In this document: positions 23,750-38,597 of the stretch, one piece after another | How the letters are laid out: each line of letters starts with the position of its first letter | Numbering within the stretch: position 1 is the stretch's first letter | Source of the DNA: Lytechinus pictus | Lineage: Eukaryota | Assembly: GCF_037042905.1 (NCBI RefSeq) | Contig: NC_087250.1 | Span: forward strand, 24,554,001-24,618,000 | Direction of reading: 5' to 3' | Length of the DNA stretch: 64,000 nt | The notes under the pieces: model-generated | What the model saw: the letters and a program-made list of their open reading frames with translations, nothing else | Databases searched by the model: none | What the model was told of the DNA's origin: nothing | Made by a program: the position numbers and the translations under genes

Positions 23750-26700
23750 CCCTAGTCGAAATAAAATAGTCAAAAAATAGAAAAAAAAATAGCCTAAAAA
23801 TATAACAAAAATATAATTTTATGCAATTTTTTCCCCAAATAAAATAGTGTAAAAATATGTAAAAATTATCAAAAAAATACAATAAAAATAGAAAAAAAAA
23901 AATATTTTACAGCTATTTTTCCTCCTGAAATTAGCAGAAAAATATGTTGAAAATAGGACTAAAATAGAAAAAAAAATAGGGAAAATATATTTTTAGGCAA
24001 TTCAATTTGGAACAAAAATAGATAAAAAGTAGAGACCGTCTGCAAAATATTTTTTTTTATATTTTGCAAAATATACAAAAAATATAATTCTTAGTTGCAC
24101 AGCTATGTTTTCGCTATTTTCTAATAATTTTAAAAATATAACCTAAAATATATACTGTATATTTTCCCTATTTTCAAGGAAGAACTATGTTTCCTCAATT
24201 TTTGTTGTGTCAAATCATATGGATATTTTCCTGATCTTTCACACTTTTCGTATCACTTCTTTTGTTTTCCTTGCACATACACACACATAAGAAAATTGGT
24301 AACACTCCCCTCCCCCTTGGCTGTTACTTGAATTAAGTATCTATACAATGAGTGTCCATTCCTGTTATAATGATGAAATGTTTATTTTTATTTTTATTAT
24401 TATTTTTTTTTTTTTGGGGGGGGATCTGATGTACTCAATACATGTATCTTCAAATCACATAACTTTCAGACTTAGAGTACCCTTAGGATCAATACCACGC
24501 CCATCAACCAAATGAGTGAGACAACCGGTTATATAAACATTTATTTTACAATGTAAAATGGTCCAAAGAGATCTATAAAGAAAGATTCAGACAGAACAGA
24601 AAAAAAAGAAAATCCCCCCCCCCCCGCCCTGTGTAAAGTATAAGGCTGCACAGCAGATATGATGGAGGCACCTTTTTTTTTCTTTAATCAAACTGACTTA
24701 GACTACCCTAACCCTGGGTTTTCCAAGATCATTATTATATTTGGCTCAATTTTTGACATACTTGTAAAATACTGTCGATAACCTGGAGGGTTCTTCAGTT
24801 AATCCATATTAATCTAAATCTTAGTACAATTCATTTTTGTTTCGCACCTGGGCCCCTTTTGTTTGTACATATGTGAAAACTGATAGCATACCCTATCTAT
24901 TATTTTGTATTCAATAAATAAAATATGTAGCTCTAGACATATTCAGTTTTTGAAGCAGTGATAGAGTATAGGTTTTTAACTAATAATTCTAGTGTATGTT
25001 TTCACGCAATTGAGATCCTGGGGCCCTCGTTCAATGCGTCTAAAGAGTTGGCCTGTGACGGTACCTTCATTCTCTGTACTTCTAGCACGGCACTTGTCCT
25101 TTGCTGGTAGATGCAATGTATCTGAAGATTTAAAAGAAAAAACAATGGAAAGGAGAATAATCGCTACAGAGAATAGGCAACTGTACCAGGCCGTGAACGA
25201 TCTAACGTTTAAACCAGATCGAGATTTTTAAAAAATTGTCAGACTCAGAGAACCATATAGAGGTCTAATTTTAAAGATAAAAAAACCATCTCAAGTCCTT
25301 ACGATTTTCAGGAAAAATGCAGGAAATGTAATTTCATTTAACTTAGTTCAGATAAGATAAATGTGCATGTTTCATCTGAATTATACTTCGAATTCCATGT
25401 CATTTTTTCTATACAAGTCACAATGCATAAATTATCGTATGCTGGGCATGGCAGGTTTGTTTTCAGCAATTTTTTTTTATCATCAGAATATTATAAAAAA
25501 AAGGGCCTAGAATCTAGGCCTACAAGTACAAATATATGAAATATTACCAGCAGCATTAAAAAATTAAATCAGAGATCTTCGTAAAACATTAATACTAGTA
25601 TGCATGGCTAAAATTATCACTCGTTATGTGCGAGGTGCTGCACAAGCACGTCGGTTAGCATTACAGTGCTCGCCTCAGCCCCGACGCCAGGCATAGCCTG
25701 CAGTCCACGGGCCGCTGGCGCGGCGCACGGCCGGTGAGCGGGTTAGGAACAAGGGGATGGGGAGTCTGGCCCGGGCGGCAGAGCCAGAGGCAGTACGAAG
25801 AAATCTGAATGCCATCGATCGATTTAACAAACTACGAGAAGAAAATCATATAAAATGTTTATCTGACTTACTGTTTAGCCTACTGCGTATGTCTGCAAAT
25901 TTGTTGTCCAAATGTGACCCGTATTCTGTTAGTTGTTAGGGAATTCTTGACGGCCATCTTCAGCTTCTCGTAGACGTAGAAACGGCGATCTTTTTCAAAT
26001 ATTTTATGGCGGTCGAGGTGCGCATGCGTATCTAGCTGCTTCATGTCATGCGCATGCGCGTGCGTGCTTGCCCATTTTTATTTATTTATATATTTATATA
26101 TTATTTATTTAGTTTTTTATTTACTGGTCTGGCGCATGCAGCAATCATGAATGTGCTTAAAAGTTCCCCGCGGCCGCGGCGATCCCCCTTTTTTTTGTTA
26201 AGTCCCTTCACCCTTTATAATTTTCACATGAATAATTAGAGTAAAAGAAAATATTAAAAACTTAGATGAAGGTAGCGCCGAGGGGGTGGGGAATTTTGAT
26301 AGTCAGTGGGTGAGAAATTCAGACAAGCAAACAGTGATTTCCTTTTTTAAAGAAAAGACCAATACTTATTCACTTTATTATTTGTCTACACCAGTCAGAA
26401 AAAAAATAGTCTGAAAGAGATAATATTACAAACATTGAAATATATTACTGGTAAAAAAAAAAACCTGACCGACATCGTCAAGTAAGGAAAATAGTTTGAA
26501 AATGGATATAGAACCTACAATCTTTGAAAAATGTAGGTAATAAAAAATACCCTGACATTGTAACCACTAGCGTACCTACGGGGGGGGGGCAGTCTGGCCC
26601 CCCTGACGAGCCACCACCCATGTAAAGGACGTATCCCTGCCCCCCCCCCCCCCCCTGACGAGCTTGAAGACCTTTTTTTTTTTTTGCTTGTCAAATTTTT

Positions 26701-27540
26701 TGGCGGACGGTTTTGCCCCCCCCCCCTGTGGAAAATCCTACGTACGCCAGTGATTGTGACACTTAATTTAAGCAAGGAAAATAGATTGGAAATAGATACA
26801 AACTTCTTACAAATTTTCGAAAAAAGAAATAGCCTTGCATTAAAGTTAGAAAAAATTAATATTGAAGTTGGAAACAAAGTTCTTTCAAAAAATTATATAG
26901 TAAAAAAAAATTACCTGACATCATGACATCATTAAAAAAAATAATTACAAAAATATAGTTCTTACCATTTGAAAAAAATAGATACAAAATAGCCTGGCAT
27001 CATATGGCAAGTAAGAAAAAAAGTTTAAAAATAGATACAAACTTGTTTGATTAGACTAAAATAGATAGAAAATAGCCTTGCCAATGTGGCAAGGTTGAAA
27101 AATAGCAAAAAAATAGTCTGCGCGTTAAAAATAGAACTATTTCATCCTATTTTTTTTCTATTTCACTTGTTAAAATACCCAAAAAATAGCATGCCCTTAA
27201 AAAATAGAAATAAAATAGCATATTTGTTTTCTATTTCACCTGTAAAAATAGCATGCGCCTTAAAAATAGAAATAAAATAGTTTATTTTTTTCTATTTCAC
27301 CTGTAAAAATAGCAAAAAAATAGCATGCGCCTTTAAAATGGAAATAAATTAGCCTATTTTCTTTCTATTTCACCTGTAAAAATAGCAAAAAAAAAAGCAT
27401 GCACGTTAACAATATAAATAAAATAGCCCATTTTTTTCTATTTCACCTGTAAAAATAGCAAAAAAAATAGTTGGTGAGGAAAAAATAGAGAGAAAATAGG
27501 GGGAAAATATATTTTCTTGCAGCAAAAAACTACTAAGGTT
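23750..27540. mobile_element. Probable non-autonomous DNA element with AAAATAG subterminal repeat arrays and a GC-rich core
   Basis: Dense aaaatag/ctatttt motifs at 23750-24175 and 26400-27540; ends ccctagt / actaagg. Confidence 0.4.
27100..27470. repeat. AT-rich minisatellite, ~60-70-bp unit
   Basis: Recurring ctatttcacctgtaaaaatagc...gcatgcgccttaaaaatagaaataaaatag. Confidence 0.8.
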
Positions 27541-30259
27541 AGCCCGGCACACTTTTTCTCTGACCCGAGACAAAAAAAATATTGTCATTTCATGCTGAGA
27601 TACATTACAAGGAATAAAAAAACTGTTGCCATATTGAAATTACAAACAAAGTAATTTTTAACTCGTGTATAGCCCACTCCTACTTCTATATAAATTACCT
27701 TCATCGTATAATATGAAGAGAGAAACAAAAAACAAGGTTATCGAATTAATACTTTAAGCAAAAATGCAGATTGGGTCAAATCAGGAATTAGTCATTTATC
27801 AAATTAGAGACAAAGATGGTAGGTCAATTTATTGAATTTTGAGAGTCTGATTTATTGAATTTTGAGAGTCTGAAATGAATTGTTGAACATTTGTCACGGT
27901 TATGTAGGCCTACGGGTTGAACAAACACAAAAACAGCAAAGTAAGTATATAACAAAATAATAATGATAAAAAAATCAAGATTCATACCCAAAGTATAATT
28001 CTCACTATGCTTTCGAAGGAAACGCCTAATATATTTGTTTTGTATCCCTTATGTAAGTGAGAACTGTTGTGTAATCAATCTGGACCAAAACGTTAGATCA
28101 ACCTTGCTAAAAAAAGAAAACCAAGACGGTCTAGACCTAGCGCCTGAGCTAATGCTATCCAGCTCCTGGGAAGGCTGCGCGCGGCTTCTACCCGACTCCG
28201 GTTAATGAGAGGTCCGCTGAGCTGCGCTCCTGCTGCTCTTTCACTCAAGTCAAATTGCAACGCGCTGGTCGGCTAACGTTAGTTACATCGGATCTTAATT
28301 GACTCACTTTGTTATGCTTTTCACAATTTAATGATCCTGTATGAAGTTGCAGAATATAGCGATCAAAAACTCTCCGATCAAAAGATGGCAGTTTCTGCAA
28401 GTGCAAGCGCTCTTGATTAGTGCATACCATCCCAGCGCAGCTCGCCGAAACTTTCCCGTGGCGCAAGGCATGCATGAAGCGCGTACACGGTCGATCGAGT
28501 ACAAGATCGAGCACTAGCGAACTAGCGCGTCGCGTCGCACAGCTCGCGAATCGAGGGGGGCCGGGGGGGGGGTCGAAAAATGTATACCGGTGGTTCTTTT
28601 TTTCCCTAGGAAAAAAATGGACTATGCGTGACGTCAGCAAGGAAAATGAACTATTTCATGGCAAACGTGTTTCGTAGTAAAACTATGCTTTTTATTATTG
28701 TGTACACTCTCAATGCGACAATCTTAAGTAAGGGATATAATAACAGTTATTCTCAACCTCCAAACAAATCAAGGAAAGTTGTTAGAATTAACAACTTGTG
28801 GGAATGAAGGATGACACGCTATGTTTTCTGTGGATCGGATATTAAAAATAAAAAAAGGAAAATATTGAAAAGCTGAGAGAAAAAAGAAAAACTCAGAGAT
28901 AGGCCAACCATTCAATTGAGATTTGATTAAAATTAAAGCCATCTTTGCCCCCCCCCTCCCGACCCTTTCTGTTTCCCTGTGGTGATCAAAAGGCCTTTGC
29001 TCTGAGTTCTAATGCAAGTTATGATTGATTAAATCAAATATTAGATGACAAGTCCACAAACAAAAACGTGATTTAAAAAAAAATCAAACAAGCAAAACAC
29101 TGAAACTTTCATCAAAATCAGATGTAAAATAAGAAAGTTATGACAGTTTAAACTTTTGCTCAATTATACAAAAAATAGTCATCTGCTAATATCGATCCTG
29201 GTCGTTATGCGAATGAGGGAACTGATCGCATCACCGATTCACTGTTTCTTTTTTTAGAACAGACTTAGATGATGGTTTATTAAACACAAATCGATTTGCG
29301 TCCCAAAGGCCAAACTACAGATGCCATCCTGAGTAGGCTACATATCGAAGTTTTATGAGAACACATCATATTCAAATACGGTGATATAGACCAAATAGAA
29401 AAAAAGTGAAATATGAAATATTCAAAAAAAAATTTCCTTGTCATATGAATCAAATCCCCAGTAAAGATCATTATTTGAACATTTTGTGGATTGGCCGAGG
29501 AGGTCGTTATTGTCTAATCTGAAACTGAAACAAAACAAAAAACAATAGTGAATTGGATACTTCATCAATTGTTTCATTTGTAGACCTATCACTGAGTTGA
29601 GCACATAAGTGTCCAGTGAAAAATAAGCAAAACTTTTTTTTACATCCGATATTAATGAAATTATCAACGTTTTGCTTGTATAATTGTTCTCTGTTGATGC
29701 AAATCATCATTTTGTCTGGGGTAGACTTGATCTGTAACAAAATAAGTGGAGCCACATCGGCAATTATCATCCGATTCCTCAACCATTTACTCTCTCTCTC
29801 TCTCTCTCTCTCTCTTTCACCATCTTCTTCTTCCTCCTCCTCTTCTTCCTTCTTAACTTTTTTCCCTTCTCATCCCCTTTCTCTCTTCTCCCTTGTTCTT
29901 CTTGGGGAGGGGGGGTGATGTTGCCCCCTCAGCCGAGGGGAAAAATAATAAAATTGAATGAAATGAAAAAAGAAAAAAATGGTTACACGAAATTTGTTTT
30001 TTAATAATATTCAAATCAACAGGATTTCATTCACTGACTATTATAATTATTAATATTATTATCATCATCATCATCATAATCATCATCATCATTATCATCA
30101 TCATCATCATTATTATTATTATTATTATCATTATTTATGGATATTTAGAGACGCCAAAACAAAAAGTAAGGCGTACAATATATGAATAATAATGTGACAT
30201 TTGCAATAATAACCACAATCAGTCATTCGAGATAAAAAGAGAAATTAAATATTGAGGAA

Positions 30260-30390
30260 AAGGGTATGTCTTACGGAAAGATTTGAAGCCAATAATACTG
30301 GAAGCATTTCTTATTGGAAGAGGGATAGCATTCCAAGTCTTCGCAGCTGCTACAGCAAAACGTTTTCCGGCAGAATTGTAGCGAGAATTT
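30260..30390 (-). mobile_element. 3' fragment of an L2/CR1-group LINE ORF2
   Basis: Translates to RYNSAGKRFAVAAAKTWNAIPLPIRNASSIIGFKSFRKTY, a typical ORF2 C-terminus. Confidence 0.65.
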
Positions 30391-30679
30391 AGAATCCCCT
30401 CCTGTATCCTATACTTTACTCAGTTTAAGTTTTTTATTCGTTACGTCATGGATACGTGAGCCCACCAGCCATCAGTGTTCATCCGATCAGTATAATAATC
30501 TACAGACTTAGGGGGCGTCGGAAGAAAGTATTTGCAATCAACAGCAAATATTCTGTTGCGATTTAGAACAGATAGATCAATTTTAAGTGTAGCAGATCAG
30601 ATCATATTCCTTGTCTTAAGAAGCAAATTAACCATCAATCATAAATTTGCAATTAATTTTTTGATTTTTGGCTGATTTA

Positions 30680-31061
30680 CGGGTAAATTGCCAATCCGTC
30701 TACTGCAAACTCGTCCACCCACCACATGGTCTAATCTCATTTAGTCTAATGCCATTCCGTCCATTAACATTTCGTCTAACAACCATTTGGTCCAATCATC
30801 ACTTCGTGTATGACCATTTCGTCTCATAACCAGTTGGTCTAATATCCATTTCATTCTGCACAATTTAATGTTTAGTCCAATTAGACCAAATGGTATATGT
30901 ACTAAATAGCTATTGGACCAACTTGTTATTAGACGGAATGGCATTAGACTAAATGAAAGTAGACCATGTGGTGAGTAGACGAACTGTTGATAGACCAATT
31001 ATTGATAGTAGACGAGCTGGCGATTGGACGAATTGGCATCAGACGAACTTGAAATAAACCG
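30680..31061. mobile_element. MITE with internal gtcta/tagac repeats
   Basis: Left half rich in tcgtcta/tggtcta, right half in tagacca/tagacga; ends cgggtaaatt / aaataaaccg. Confidence 0.6.
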
Positions 31062-31814
31062 ATTTAGGGACCGAAATAGACATGCAATACATGTATTGAT
31101 CTTAAATTTCTTGCAACGCCCCATTAGACTAGGCCTACTATTAAAGTATACGCAGAACTATTTTTGTTTTCGTTCATCATTTACATTTAATATTCAATTC
31201 ACTTCAATCCAATCTTTATATCACAATTAAGATTAAAACGTACAAGGGCTGGCTGCATTAAATAAATTTAAGTGTTTGGCTTTCTGCTGTAGGTTAAAAA
31301 ACATACTAAATCGCAACATTCCTTTACTCAACTTTTTAATTAAACTGGATTCGTTTTAGTTACACGTAATATTCAATTTCAGTTTTTAGTATACGGCATT
31401 AGAGGTTCTTTGCTAAGGATATACATAATCAATTGAACACAAATTTATCCTCATTTGAATTAGCGCTGGAAAAACATGGTAACATACAATATTCAATTTC
31501 ATTTTTTTTTGGTATTATATTAGAAGTTATACAAGATCAGCTGCTCATAAGTGGGATATTTTTTATTTTGTTTTTGTTTTACCAAACTATAGTTATTTGA
31601 ACCTACTTTCCTTTAAACTTACAAGCGGAATTATATCCCATATAGAGTAAAAAATGTATATGCATATGACATATACAAACTTTTATTGTTTTTGTATAGC
31701 ATTGTGATGAACACATACCTTCCTCCATAAACCAACTGATATTCAAGTTTCGGTTAAAAATAATAGCTTACTTTCTTTACTTTCACCATCGTGATAGATT
31801 TTATTCAAAATATA

Positions 31815-32800
31815 CAGTGCGTATCAAAATAAGTTTACACTTTGAAAAAGCCCTGGGAATTAAAAAATATACAACATGTGGGTAATTTTTTCACATATAA
31901 TCTTGGGTTTGGGTCTCATCTATCCAATGAAAGTAAAAGTTTTGACAGAATGTTAAACTTAAGTGAGCACTGTCCATTTTTTCAAAGCTCGCAGAAATCT
32001 GTTTGCGCAGAAATGCTCGTTTTCACGCTGTGTCAAGGGGAAAGGGCGAAATCAAACTTACCCTGCGAAACATTTCTTATACATTTCCCTTGCACTTTTA
32101 TTCAATTGAAATAAAACGGATACATTCAAGCATTTTGTAACAATTTTGCCACCCAAATTGAAATTTCAACACTTAGTAAGCACAACCTTTACCCTTTTTG
32201 TGCCAGCTGGATCTGAGGACATAACTGAATCTGAACAAAAGTGTATATCAGACATCTCCAGCATTTTTTCACTAAGTTTTTATTATTTAAAGTTGGTTTA
32301 CATGTAGTTTTTCATTTAATACTTGTTTCTCCACACTTTTTTCAAGCTTGACAATGATTTACAAAATGAAAATCAAGCATAAGCCATTTTATGTAAATCA
32401 CAGCTCAGTGTAAAGCAAATATCGTCACGATGGCCTCGGTGTTTGGGGGAGTGGGGTGGGGCGCAATGCACTCTTCGAAGTGTTTTGGGAAAGGAAACAA
32501 TTGAGAAAAGGTAAAAGATATCTTCAAATCAATTTTCCTAGCTAAATTCAACGTGTTATTCATGATTAAGGTCTACTTTTATTCGCATAACTATTTCAAA
32601 GTTCTTCGCAAATCATTTTTCACTAACTTTTCAAAAGTAAGTGGTTCTCACTCAAGCGGAAATATTTTTTTACAGTTATATCGTCATTTGCTTAAATGGA
32701 TCTGTACCAATGTTAAAATGTGGAAAAAATCTTCAGGATATTACAAATGTATAATTTTACAGGATTTTTTCTAAGTGTAAACTTTTTTTGATACGCACTG
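31815..32800. mobile_element. Tc1/mariner-like non-autonomous element
   Basis: TIRs cagtgcgtatcaaaataagtttacactt / aagtgtaaactttttttgatacgcactg; TA on the left flank. Confidence 0.85.
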
Positions 32801-32909
32801 TTGTGGAAAAAACAATACTATTGTACACAAAGAAGAATTCACATTTTTGGTCATGATCATTTAATAAATCATAATGATATCCGGCCAGAAAACCATTACG
32901 ATTTGAATT

Positions 32910-33165
32910 TGGAGGGTCGTGTGTTCGAATCCCACCACGGTCTGGCGTCCTTTGGCAAGGCGTTAATCCACACTTTGCCACTCTCGACCCAGGTGCGGTA
33001 CCCGGTATGATGTGAAAGTCATTGTAGCTTGTGTGCGCCTCACCGGCGACTGACTGGAATACTTCCCAGGGAGTGGAGGATGTGCACACATTGTGTGCGG
33101 GAATGACTGATGGAATCCGATGACCGGGTAACGTCGTTCCGATGTGTTAAGCGCTATAAGTCCAT
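32910..33165 (+). mobile_element. tRNA-derived SINE
   Basis: B-box gttcgaatccc followed by the atccacactttgccactctcgacccaggtg core shared with other copies. Confidence 0.75.
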
Positions 33166-34924
33166 GATACAATACAACTTAGGTGGAATATATCCACATC
33201 AAACATTGAAGAAATTCTCTTTGCACAAATAGCTGCATTTTACTCCAAAAACCTACATAGCAACTATACTTACTGTACAAAATGTATCTCATAGTTTCAA
33301 AATGTTAAAATATTGCGCTACATCAAAGTAGCTTTTATTTCATTTATTGTATGTCTCACAATCCCTCCCCCCTCCAAAAAAAAAGCAACATGTAAACAGC
33401 TTTAATAACCATCAAATACCGTGAGACTGTTGAAACATTTTATAGGCCTTTTTTACACATTCATTTCAACGAGATGAACAGTTTCTTTCAATGAAGTTTT
33501 AGTTTATAGCCTTATAGTAGTAACAATGTGACAATAAAGTTAAATGCAACATTTTAAATGCATGGAAGTATAGAACAAAATATATGTTTTGTCAAAACGT
33601 TGAGCACTGTACAATACAAAATGTAAATGATGACATTCGGAACAGTTTTGCTCTAGAAGCATCATGTCTTCAAGCCTTGTTAATACTTGGGTAGCGTGCA
33701 ATTATATTTGAGAAGAATATTAAACACAGAGTATGAAAATTACATAGGCCTATTATGAGAGCCCATGTATCCGTAAGGTGAAACATTTAGGCCAGTGTAA
33801 TGATATGATACAAAATAAGTACTGTAGGCCTATACTCATTAAATATCTACATTTTTACATATTAAAATGAATATGCATTTCAGGCATAGCAGCTACATCA
33901 CGTTCAACGTTGATATTTTAATGAAAGTATTACAAGTGACTTTTTCAAAAAATTTAACTTTGCGAAAATATGCAGAGCCATTATCAACAACGGAAATATA
34001 AAGTATAGTTTGTATGACTATTGATTTACGTATGGCTGTTTTACTAATAACCTACTCACACGCACTTGTTATATCAACATAATTTTGCTTTGATATTCAT
34101 GATTTTTTTTCTAATATAACTTCAATAACAGCTTTGTCATATTGTGCGTTAATTTCAGTATACACGTCATTGGTATTCTATGAAGGAAATAATGCACGTA
34201 CACACGCATCCCCACCCGCACACACAAATACAAATCCTATAATTATTATGTTCATTATAATTCTAATTTCCGTTTCTGTATCAAGGCTTTTTTATACAAA
34301 TATTTATAAGATTTATAAATGTATAAAGAATTCATATCTTACTGAAATAAATTCAAACAACATGGAAAAACAAAAACGCTTAATGTGCAAAATGTAGACA
34401 TAAGTAAAACGAACTCTGAATATAATTAATAGTAATTTTATTATTTTCCTTAGCTATAAATAATACTGCCTTATTACTGGTTTCGTGCTTTAATGGATTT
34501 AATTTTTTGTATTTTATAGCATCTAAATTACTGCATCTTAAATTTTACATGTATATATTATTATTATTATAACATGACAATGCTTGAAATAACGTTTAAT
34601 CTGAATATGTTATCCTGTATAAATATTCACAGTACTGTCCACATAATATGGGAGCTCCTTATTCATGTTGTCAATCATACATGTGAAGGCAAATGTAACC
34701 TATACGCTGTTTTCTTTTTTCTCCATTCAAACATGTTTTTACTCTATATAAAAAAAACACAAGCAAGAAGTACACTGACTGTGCTATCGTGTGTCATTCA
34801 TAAAAGAAGCAAATAAGGGTATTACCCTTTGTGTAAAATATCCATTCACAGGAATTTATGTGTATTTACTGCATAGAAGGAAGCAAACTTTTACGGATCA
34901 GTAATAGTAATCATACTAATATTA

Positions 34925-35142
34925 ATAGCTGTATTTATCATGCTTATAAAGCACTTTTAGCCTGTGGATACAAAGCGCTTGCTATCATTACCCTGGCTTT
35001 AGCTCTAGCTACCATCACCGGCGCTCAGTGTATGCAAGGAATTAATCCTGCCGGGTAGTGTACCCATTCACCTCACCTGGGTCGAGTGCAGCAAAGTATG
35101 GATACATTTCTCGCTGAAGGAAAACACGCCATGGCTGGGATT
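34925..35142 (-). mobile_element. Related SINE fragment
   Basis: cacctgggtcgagtgcagcaaagtatggat is the reverse complement of the SINE core. Confidence 0.65.
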
Positions 35143-35519
35143 GATTTTGAATTTGTAATCTAAGAGCATAATTATACAGAACACTGTGTATTCATCGGTA
35201 AGAATAACGAAAAAACAAATTAATATACAGGGTCTATATATATAATTTATAATCAATACATGCTTGGTAGTATATTTGTGTAAGGGTCACGATTTTAACA
35301 CAACTCTGTCAGTCCTACTCGAATAACTCAATATCAATACAAACGTAAATGTTTCTTTTTCTATACAAAGGTAGAGAATGAAAAAGTTAGGCCTACAAAA
35401 TTTACAGTGCGACAGTGCTTCTACATTTTTTGAGATATAAACCTGTAAAGGAAGATGACTTGCTTCGTGAAGATCTCATTGCCCATTATTTGGAGGACAA
35501 GGCGTCAGAAATGAACTAA

Positions 35520-35823
35520 TTAGACTGTTTTTTGGTCAAAGATAATTTCAGCTTCATGTCTTAACCCAGCGGCATCTAGGGCAAGTTTGAGTTTCTCAAC
35601 CTGCTCACTGGGTCGGACACACCGTCTCCAGTCCATTAGCATTTCTATAAGAGCCGATCTTGAGACACTGCGGGACGAGGAGTCAGTTCTGACCAGGTAT
35701 TTCTTCACTGATGAGTAAGAGAAACCAAGTTTGTAGCCCAGTTCCCGAGCATCCTTAATCTCACATACCAAATCGGACAACACCTCTAGCATGTAGTCTG
35801 ATGCAAATCTCTGTCTGTCTCGC
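35520..35823 (-). CDS. Last coding exon: C-terminal death domain
   Basis: LEVLSDLV...ARELGYKLGFSYSSVKKY...ALIEMLMDWRR...VEKLKLALDAAGLRHEAE; ttgcag acceptor; TAA at 35520-35522. Confidence 0.85.
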
Positions 35824-36141
35824 CTGCAAGATAGGAAGTGATGACGAAACATTTTAAAAGTTAAGGAAAAATAAAGATTGCCTAACTGCATGAGGGTTAA
35901 TCCAGTTTAATTATACTTCCAATTTGGCCAGCTGATAATTAGAAATAGTTCCAACATTCTCAATTCATGGTTTTAAAATGAGTCAAGATTGGCTGTGGTT
36001 ATTGTCACTACCCGAACACTGAGATTAGTTTGAAAAGAGTTTGAGAAGATTTGAATCTAAATCATTAACCACCGTTGATCTCAATTTTTATTGAAGCCCT
36101 GTTATGATTAGAAATATAAGAATGATGTATTGTATACGTAC

Positions 36142-36169
36142 GTGGGGGAGATTGCATAGTCTGGTTCAG
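36142..36169 (-). CDS. 28-bp micro-exon
   Basis: tttctcttctcataccag|CTGAACCAGACTATGCAATCTCCCCCAC|gtacgt; bridges phase 1 to phase 2. Confidence 0.7.
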
Positions 36170-36788
36170 CTGGTATGAGAAGAGAAAATGAGAATACAAG
36201 AATAAAACGAACGAAAGTAAAGAATAGATGACTTAACCTTTAACTTACGTAGGAATGCATTACAACCTAATTTGCAAGCTTTCTGATCTGTATTAGGGGC
36301 GGCGTGCAAAGACTATGAAAGCGTGACGTCATATTTCTTTCTCAATTGAATTAGCGGGGAATTATAGATTTCCCTTTTTTCTCTCTTTCCCTCATTTGTT
36401 TTGGGTTTCCCTGCATTCTTATCTTCCAATACTTGAAAAACAATAAGGGGGAAGTCACCGATGATTTTATGAGCAATTTTTTTTAAATTTCATTTTTGTT
36501 TGCTATACATCTGTAGGGCTACAAGTGGAACGCCTCTTGCAGTATCGCAATCATTACGCGAGTCAATATAGCATCAGCATGCTGACTTTGAAAATAACTA
36601 AAATGAATAACTATTCACGAAACCACAATTCATGTAATACTGTGATCAATTACTAAGTTCATTGACTTTAAAAGACATTCAACGGTGACTATGTTAATGT
36701 TTGAAATGTCATTAGTATTTTATTTTGCTGAAACCCTTGCTCGATAACGGCTTCATGGACATCTGTAAATCCTTGAGATTTTTCATAC

Positions 36789-36942
36789 CTTCTTTTAAAA
36801 TTGTAAATTGATGATGTGTGAGCGTTGATGCACCCTGGTCAATATGCACACGTGCTTTAAACTTTTTCTCATTTGCAGTAGAGGGCGATAGATCAAATGT
36901 GCTTGAATGACATCCTCCACCGAGTAGGCAGTGAATAGGAAC
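36789..36942 (-). CDS. UPA-like exon
   Basis: VPIHCLLGGGCHSSTFDL...ARVHIDQG...FTILKE; AG/GTATG boundaries, phases fit. Confidence 0.7.
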
Positions 36943-37327
36943 CTTGATCAAGAAATGTTTTGACATAATTATGCGATGATTATGTAGTGATGAATCCCAT
37001 ACTCGACCATAACGCATTTGCACATATAACTTTGGGTTTTATTTATTTGTCTTTATTTTCTATTTTATTGATTGTTGTTCTTTAAATAAACATATATCTA
37101 TTTATATTTTTTGTTCATAAATTGGGAGGAAGCAATTGTACACCGAAACACATTTTACTTTCATTTTCTCAGTAACGTTGTCCCTCTGATGCCCCCCCCT
37201 TTTTTTTTTTAAATAAAAACTATAAATACATCTGGTTTTATTATAAAATAAAATTCATCACAGAGTCAATCATTTTGAAATTGATCTAAGTAATAAATGT
37301 TGTTCAAAATAACTTTAGGCTGCTTAC

Positions 37328-37465
37328 CCTTATATATAAGGCGTTATCAGAGTCAGACAGAAACGAAAGCTTAATGTCATCTTCTGATGATTCAATATTG
37401 AATTTTATAACAGCCGTGGCTTGGTAGGATAGTTTTGAAACGGTCTCGTGACGTTTGCTGACGGC
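37328..37465 (-). CDS. UPA-like exon
   Basis: ttctcttcag acceptor, GTAAG donor, 46 open codons, phase 0-0. Confidence 0.7.
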
Positions 37466-38597
37466 CTGAAGAGAAATATGGTTTTAAAATATGGCTTAAC
37501 TGCAATTGCAAGTATCATGTACATACGAAGAAAAATTATTTCGACTTAATTACTTACATTTGAAGCTTTCCTAAATGGCAAATCACAGTAAATATATATG
37601 ATATTTAACAAATTTATTCCGAAAAATAATGCTTTTTTTTTGCAAACCAAGTTTTAGGCAAATACACAAATTTTGGACATCTTACGTCTTCACAGAAACA
37701 ACTAAAGAGAGTGCGTCAGAAAAAAAATCCCATCAGTTTGAAATTGTTTTGTCTAAAGTATAAACATTTAAGCATTGATTTATTGATATGTCCTGATCAT
37801 AATTAATTTATGAAGAGTTCACTTGTAAAAGGGGTTAGATCCATTTTTCATGAAATTTGATTTTTTTTTTTGTCTCAATGTATAGATTTTTAATAGCTCT
37901 ATAAGTTGATACCAAAGAAAAGTTGAAATTCCCATTAAAAATTGAACAAAATGGCAAAGATTTTTTTTTCAAAAGGTGCAAGGTCCGATTCAGTTTGGTT
38001 GCAAAAGGGGTTAGGTCCACAGATATTTTTTTGGAAAAGAATATAAAAAAAAAATATGAAGACAGGTAGATTTCTTTTATACCAAATTTTATGTAATCTT
38101 GGTAGGGTATCATGAAAATTTAGTTTCGCATCAGAATATTGCAATATGGGAGAATAAAAAAAAATATTTTCTTTGAGTGGACCTAACCCCTTTTGCAACC
38201 AAACTCTTTTGAAGAGCTCATTTGTCAAAAGGGGTTAGGTCAATTTTTCATAGATTTTATTGTTTTGTCTCAAAACCTCTAAATTTCAGTTGTTGTAATG
38301 ATACCAAAATGTGAAATTCAAATGAAAACGTCAATAAAAGTGGCAAAGAAAATTCACTTTTTTAATCAAGAGAGATTGGATTCATTTCATTTTGCTTGCA
38401 AAAGGGGTTAGGTCCACAATGATATATTTTTTTAGATTATATAGAAAAAATTGAAGACAGGTAGATTTCTTTTATACCCAATTTTATGTTCACATGATAG
38501 GGTAGTACATCATGACAATTTAGTTTCTCAGAAGAATACTGCAATAAGTGAAAATAAAAAGCATGGATTTTCTCGGAATGGTCCAAAGTGAACCTAA

